Part shown: one piece after another, positions 27,198 through 32,000 of the stretch
Layout: every line of letters begins with the position of its first letter
Numbering within the stretch: the stretch's first letter is position 1
DNA from: Candidatus Saccharimonadota bacterium
GTDB taxonomy: Bacteria > Pseudomonadota > Gammaproteobacteria > Enterobacterales > Enterobacteriaceae
Reading direction: 5' to 3'
Assembly (NCBI GenBank): GCA_041941795.1
Contig: CP145872.1
Location: 240,001-272,000, forward strand
DNA: 32,000 bases
Position numbers and translations under genes: made by a program
Notes under the pieces: generated by a model
Databases searched by the model: none
What the model was told of the DNA's origin: nothing
What the model saw: the letters and a program-made list of their open reading frames with translations, nothing else

Positions 27198-30074
27198 ATG
27201 AAAAAATCTTTAAAAAAACTTGAAGATTCCTTTTTATCGAGACATATTGGACCTTGTTGGGCACAACAAAAATCTATGCTCTCCACCATTGGAATTTCAT
27301 CTCTTCAGGAATTAATTACGGCAGTACTACCGCCAGAAATACAGATATCTACCATTCCTGATCTGTGTAATGCAGTACCAGAACATTTAGCTTTATTAGA
27401 ATTAAAAAATATTGCTAAAAAAAATAAGATTTTTAAATCTTGGATTGGCATGGGTTATTGTGGCACTATAATACCTCCAGTAATTTTACGTAATGTATTA
27501 GAAAATCCTGGCTGGTATACTGCTTATACTCCATATCAACCAGAAATTTCTCAGGGTCGATTAGAAGCATTGCTAAATTTTCAGCAAATTACTGTGGATT
27601 TAACAGGACTTCCTATAGCTTCTGCCTCTTTATTAGATGAAGCTACTGCCGGTGCAGAAGCAATGGCTATGGCCAAACGTATTAGTTCCATTAAAAGTAA
27701 GAGATTTTTCATAGCTAATGATGTTCATCCCCAAACTATAGATGTCATTCAAACTAGAGCTAGTACTTTAGAAATAGATATTATTATCGATCATCCTGAT
27801 AACGCTCTTAATTATACAAACATCTTTGGAATATTACTCCAATATATAGGGACTACTGGGAAAATTCATAATTTTTCATCTTTAATACCTGAACTTAAAA
27901 AAAATAAAGTTATTATCACTGTAGCTGCAGATATCATGTCTTTAGTTCTTTTGAAGAGTCCCGGAACACAGGGAGCAGATATAGTTTTTGGATCTGCACA
28001 ACGTTTTGGCATGCCAATGGGATATGGTGGTCCTCATGCAGCTTTTTATGCCACTCGAGAAGAATATAAACGTTCCATGCCTGGTCGTATTATAGGGGTT
28101 TCTAGAGACCAATCAGGAAATATAGCTTTTCGCATGGCTCTTCAAACTCGCGAGCAGCATATTCGTCGGGAAAAAGCTACTTCGAATATTTGTACTTCCC
28201 AGGCACTATTAGCTATAGTAGCCGGTTTTTATGCTGTTTATCATGGTCCTAAAGGATTAAAAAAAATTGCTACTCGCATTAATCGGTTAACAGATATTTT
28301 AGCTCTGGGTTTCCAAATTGGAGGCTTAAAATTATCTAATAAAACTTGGTTTGATACTCTCACTATTGAAGTAGAAGATAAGAAAAAGATATTATTACGT
28401 GCTCTAAATTTAGGAATGAATTTACGTAATGACCTAAATAATGCTGTAGGGATAACTTTAGATGAAACTACTACTAGCCAAGATATAATGTCATTATTTT
28501 CTATCTTCTTAGAAGACGGACATGGATTAGATCTTACACTACTGGATTATTATCTAAAACAACATGATAGTATATCTTTACCTCCAGATTTATTACGTAC
28601 TGAACCGATATTAATTCATCCTATTTTTAATAGCTTTCATAGTGAAACTGCGATGATGAGATATCTGCACAGACTAGAATGTAGAGATCTTGCTCTAAAT
28701 TATTCAATGATTCCATTGGGATCTTGTACTATGAAACTTAATGCTGCTGTAGAAATGATTCCGCTTAGTTGGCCTGAATTTACTGAAATTCATCCGTTTT
28801 GTCCTATAGATCAAATAAGAGGTTACATAAAATTGATCTATCAGTTATCTAATTGGTTTATGCTTCTAACTGGTTATAAAGCATTCAGTCTCCAACCTAA
28901 TTCGGGTGCACAAGGAGAGTATGCGGGTCTTCTAACTCTTCGACGATATCATGAAAGTAGAAAGGAAAATAATCGTAATATATGTCTTATACCTAATTCA
29001 GCTCATGGTACTAATCCTGCTTCAGCTCAAATGGTGGGCATGAAGGTTATTCCTATTATCTGTGATAATCAGGGTAATATTGAATTAAATGACTTACGAC
29101 ACAAAGCACACCAAGCGGGTAAAAATTTAAGTTGTTTAATGATTACTTATCCGTCTACTTATGGGATTTTCGAGGAAAACATTACTGAAATATGTAAAAT
29201 TATCCATCAATATGGAGGACAGGTTTATCTAGATGGTGCTAATATGAATGCTCAACTTGGAATTACTAATCCCTGTACTATTGGTGCAGATGTTGTTCAT
29301 CTTAATCTGCATAAAACTTTTTGTATTCCTCACGGGGGAGGTGGTCCCGGATTAGGTCCCATTGGCGTCAAAAAACATCTCGCGAATTTTTTACCAGGAC
29401 ATAAAATAACAAAAATTAAGGGACTGATAGATTCTCAGCATCCCGTTTGTGCTGCTCCTTTCGGAAGTGCTGCACTTTTTCCTATATGTTGGATGTATAT
29501 TCGAATGATGGGAACAAAAGGATTACGATTATCTAGTGAAATAGCAATACTTAATGCTAATTATATTGCTAAAAGAATAAGTAGCACATATCCTATATTA
29601 TACACAGGTCGGAATAATCTAGTAGCACATGAATGTATCATTGATATACGTCCCTTAAAATCTCAAATAGGGATTGGAGAAATAGATATTGCTAAACGTC
29701 TTATAGATTATGGATTTCATGCACCGACCATCTCATTTCCGGTACCGGGAACTATGATGATTGAACCAACAGAATCAGAAGATAAAATTGAGATAGATAA
29801 TTTTATTGAAGCAATGATAGCTATCCGGGAAGAAATAAATTTAATAGTCAAAGGATCCTGGCCAATCGATGATAATCCTCTAGTGAATGCACCACATACG
29901 CAAGCAGATTTAACATCAAAATGGAATCATCCGTATAGTATAAAACAAGCCTTTTTCCCCTTAAAAAGTTCCAATAAATATTGGCCACCTGTCAAACGAT
30001 TAGATGATGTCTTTGGAGACAGAAATTTGCTCTGTACCCATCCATTATCCTTCTTAGTGAAGAAGAAAGTATAG
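27198..30074 (+). CDS. gcvP: Glycine dehydrogenase (decarboxylating), P protein
   Basis: 958-aa ORF, the same length class as E. coli GcvP (957 aa). [27 protein letters not shown] and the PLP-lysine region [18 protein letters not shown] are present. Confidence 0.97.
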   Translation: MKKSLKKLEDSFLSRHIGPCWAQQKSMLSTIGISSLQELITAVLPPEIQISTIPDLCNAVPEHLALLELKNIAKKNKIFKSWIGMGYCGTIIPPVILRNVLENPGWYTAYTPYQPEISQGRLEALLNFQQITVDLTGLPIASASLLDEATAGAEAMAMAKRISSIKSKRFFIANDVHPQTIDVIQTRASTLEIDIIIDHPDNALNYTNIFGILLQYIGTTGKIHNFSSLIPELKKNKVIITVAADIMSLVLLKSPGTQGADIVFGSAQRFGMPMGYGGPHAAFYATREEYKRSMPGRIIGVSRDQSGNIAFRMALQTREQHIRREKATSNICTSQALLAIVAGFYAVYHGPKGLKKIATRINRLTDILALGFQIGGLKLSNKTWFDTLTIEVEDKKKILLRALNLGMNLRNDLNNAVGITLDETTTSQDIMSLFSIFLEDGHGLDLTLLDYYLKQHDSISLPPDLLRTEPILIHPIFNSFHSETAMMRYLHRLECRDLALNYSMIPLGSCTMKLNAAVEMIPLSWPEFTEIHPFCPIDQIRGYIKLIYQLSNWFMLLTGYKAFSLQPNSGAQGEYAGLLTLRRYHESRKENNRNICLIPNSAHGTNPASAQMVGMKVIPIICDNQGNIELNDLRHKAHQAGKNLSCLMITYPSTYGIFEENITEICKIIHQYGGQVYLDGANMNAQLGITNPCTIGADVVHLNLHKTFCIPHGGGGPGLGPIGVKKHLANFLPGHKITKIKGLIDSQHPVCAAPFGSAALFPICWMYIRMMGTKGLRLSSEIAILNANYIAKRISSTYPILYTGRNNLVAHECIIDIRPLKSQIGIGEIDIAKRLIDYGFHAPTISFPVPGTMMIEPTESEDKIEIDNFIEAMIAIREEINLIVKGSWPIDDNPLVNAPHTQADLTSKWNHPYSIKQAFFPLKSSNKYWPPVKRLDDVFGDRNLLCTHPLSFLVKKKV

Positions 30075-30103
30075 ATACTTATTTAGTAGTAACTCATAAA
30101 AAA

Positions 30104-31102
30104 TTAAGCATTTATTTCTTCTTTATAAGAAAAAGATTTCATATAGATAAGATCTTGACATCCGGTAATGCGTAATTCAGTACCTGAAGGTATATTATAA
30201 TCTAGAATGGCTTGGACCCATATTTGGCCATTGTGTACACGACAAGCAGCAAGAACTTTACCACACTTTGTCCAGCTATCAAAGCTACATTTCATTTCTA
30301 TTACATAGTTAGAAGAAGGCAACTCTATTGAGTTAAACACCAGCATGTAAAGAGCACGTTTATTTATTCCTCGATACTGAACACGAGATATCATTTCTTG
30401 ACCTATATAACATCCTTTAGTCCAACTAATAGCTTTCATATAATGTAAGTTAGCCGCTTGGGGAAAAAATTGACCAGAATTATCCTGATCAAGAACAGGA
30501 TACCCTGCTTCGATATCTAAAGCGAGCCATTGTTTACTATTATTAAATTTAATAATAAATCTTTGAGAGAGTTGTTGTTTTAATTTTTTTGCTCTACTCA
30601 GATTAGTAATGATGAGAAAGCGATCACGAGGCAGGGGAAAGTAAAGCAAGAGTGTATTATTACTAGTATTTTCTACTACAGAACAGTGGATACTAGGTAA
30701 TACAGGAAATATTTGATTAAGGGTAGATTTAGCTTCATGTCCTGCAATACCTAGAATAACCGTTCTATCCAGTGCAGTGAGATTAAAATCTGAAAAGATT
30801 GCATATTTTTTTAACGCTGCTATTTGAATATTACGTACTGAATTTCGTATTATCCAAGATAGATGTCCTTTATAAAAAAATAATAATAAGTTAGTCAACA
30901 TTTTTCCTTTAGCATTACAGTGAGCACTTTGACAATAATGATTAACATGTAATTGATTAATATCAGATGTAATCTGGCCTTGCATATAACTTATAGCATC
31001 AGATCCTGTAGTAGTAATAAGACACCATTCTTCCATAGAAATTAACGTCAGCGGTAATTCACTAGATGAAAGAGGTAAAGTAAAATGATCTCTAAATTTC
31101 AT
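30104..31102 (-). CDS. ygfZ: Folate-binding tRNA-modification/Fe-S cluster repair protein YgfZ
   Basis: The track ORF is 400 aa (30104..31306). Homology to E. coli YgfZ (326 aa) begins at MKFRDHFTLPLSSSELPLTLISMEEW (cf [27 protein letters not shown]), so I call the ATG at 31102 as the start. The KGCY.GQE motif is present. Alternative in-frame starts lie at 31153 and 31306. Confidence 0.8.
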   Translation of the reverse strand: MKFRDHFTLPLSSSELPLTLISMEEWCLITTTGSDAISYMQGQITSDINQLHVNHYCQSAHCNAKGKMLTNLLLFFYKGHLSWIIRNSVRNIQIAALKKYAIFSDFNLTALDRTVILGIAGHEAKSTLNQIFPVLPSIHCSVVENTSNNTLLLYFPLPRDRFLIITNLSRAKKLKQQLSQRFIIKFNNSKQWLALDIEAGYPVLDQDNSGQFFPQAANLHYMKAISWTKGCYIGQEMISRVQYRGINKRALYMLVFNSIELPSSNYVIEMKCSFDSWTKCGKVLAACRVHNGQIWVQAILDYNIPSGTELRITGCQDLIYMKSFSYKEEINA

Positions 31103-31392
31103 ATAAAGAGGACTTATTTTATAATTTTTATAAATATAACTGTTTTTTTTCATAAAACATATGGATAATATTAAAAAAATTATCGGACTAGAAATTTTTT
31201 CCTCTGATGAGATAATAGATATTAATTTTTTCCAAAAAAGTAAGGACTCGTAAGAATATAAAAATAACTCAAATAGTTTAATATTTAATATTATTTTGAA
31301 TAACATTCAAAATACTTGAATTATTGATTCTCATCTTTTATATTCATCTCATGTGAACTAATTTAGTTGTATTAAGATAGTTTGAGCTTGTA

Positions 31393-32000
31393 ATGACAAA
31401 AAATGTTTTCGAGATTGCCTCTTTAACAGAAATGATACTACAACTTTATAAACGTAGTAAGATTCTGTGGAGGAATCTTTGATTATGTCTCTACTCAAGA
31501 AAGTCTAACAAAAATTAATATTCTTTTGGCCCAAAATAAAACCTGGAAAAATATTTCATTAGTAAGTGCTTTAAATAAGCAGCGGTCTTTACTAGTAGCC
31601 AGTTTAAATGCTGTACAAGCTTTCTTCAGTGAGTTAAACGACGCTAAAACTTTACTAGAATTAGCTAACGAGGAAAATAATCTCGAAATATTACCAGTAA
31701 TATATGCTGACCTAAAAAATATAGAAGAGAGAATAAGAGAATTAGAATTTAGAAAATTTTTTAATAGTCAACAAGATCGAGAAAACTGCTATCTAGATAT
31801 ACAAGCAGGATCAGGCGGAATAGAAGCTCAAGATTGGGCTTATATGTTAAGCAGAATGTATTTACGATGGGCGGAAAAAAAGAGATTTGGTACTGAAATT
31901 ATTTCAGAATCGTTAGGAGAAAAATCAGGAATAAAATGTACAACAATTCGCGTGTCAGGAGAATATGCATTTGGATGGTTACGTACTGAAAACGGTATTC
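31393..32000 (+). CDS. prfB: Peptide chain release factor 2, requiring a programmed +1 frameshift (31393..31479 joined to 31481..>32000); 3' end lies beyond the window
   Basis: The zero frame MTKNVFEIASLTEMILQLYKRSKILWRNL ends at the TGA at 31480-31482. The +1 frame continues DYVSTQESL...[30 protein letters not shown]...YAFGWLRTENG, which matches RF2 ([30 protein letters not shown]). Confidence 0.9.
31468..31483 (+). other. prfB autoregulatory +1 frameshift site
   Basis: The sequence TGG AGG AAT CTT TGA T has an internal SD-like GGAGG 3 nt before the slippery CTT, then an in-frame TGA. E. coli has AGG GGG TAT CTT TGA C. Confidence 0.85.

Overview
This window is visibly AT-rich (about 70% A+T by eye) and looks like a reduced, host-restricted Enterobacterales-type genome. 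The lineage assignment is inference only. I count 25 apparently intact housekeeping genes, two of which run off the window edges. They sit in blocks colinear with E. coli K-12 (* = decayed remnant): prlC | yggX | carA*-dapB-ispH-lspA-ileS-ribF*-rpsT-dnaJ-dnaK | metK-rsmE*-gshB-ruvX-yggS*-yggT-yggU*-trmB | tktA-epd*-pgk-fbaA-mscS-rpiA-pepP*-gcvT-gcvH-gcvP-ygfZ-prfB. Most long 'empty' spacers are not empty. Conceptual translation shows colinear, stop- and frameshift-riddled remnants of exactly the genes E. coli carries at those positions: carA, ribF, rsmE, yggS, yggU, epd, pepP and possibly mutY. Several ancestral signals are conserved: a sigma32 dnaK P1-type promoter, the UUG start of rpsT, and the programmed +1 frameshift site of prfB. 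I found no tRNA or rRNA genes, CRISPR arrays, IS elements, integrases, phage genes, or toxin or defence genes. I found no credible candidate for a novel multi-gene system. The noteworthy biology here is ongoing gene erosion, a few synteny breakpoints, and a handful of unexplained small inverted repeats. All homology statements come from by-eye alignment against remembered E. coli protein sequences and need blastx/tblastn confirmation.
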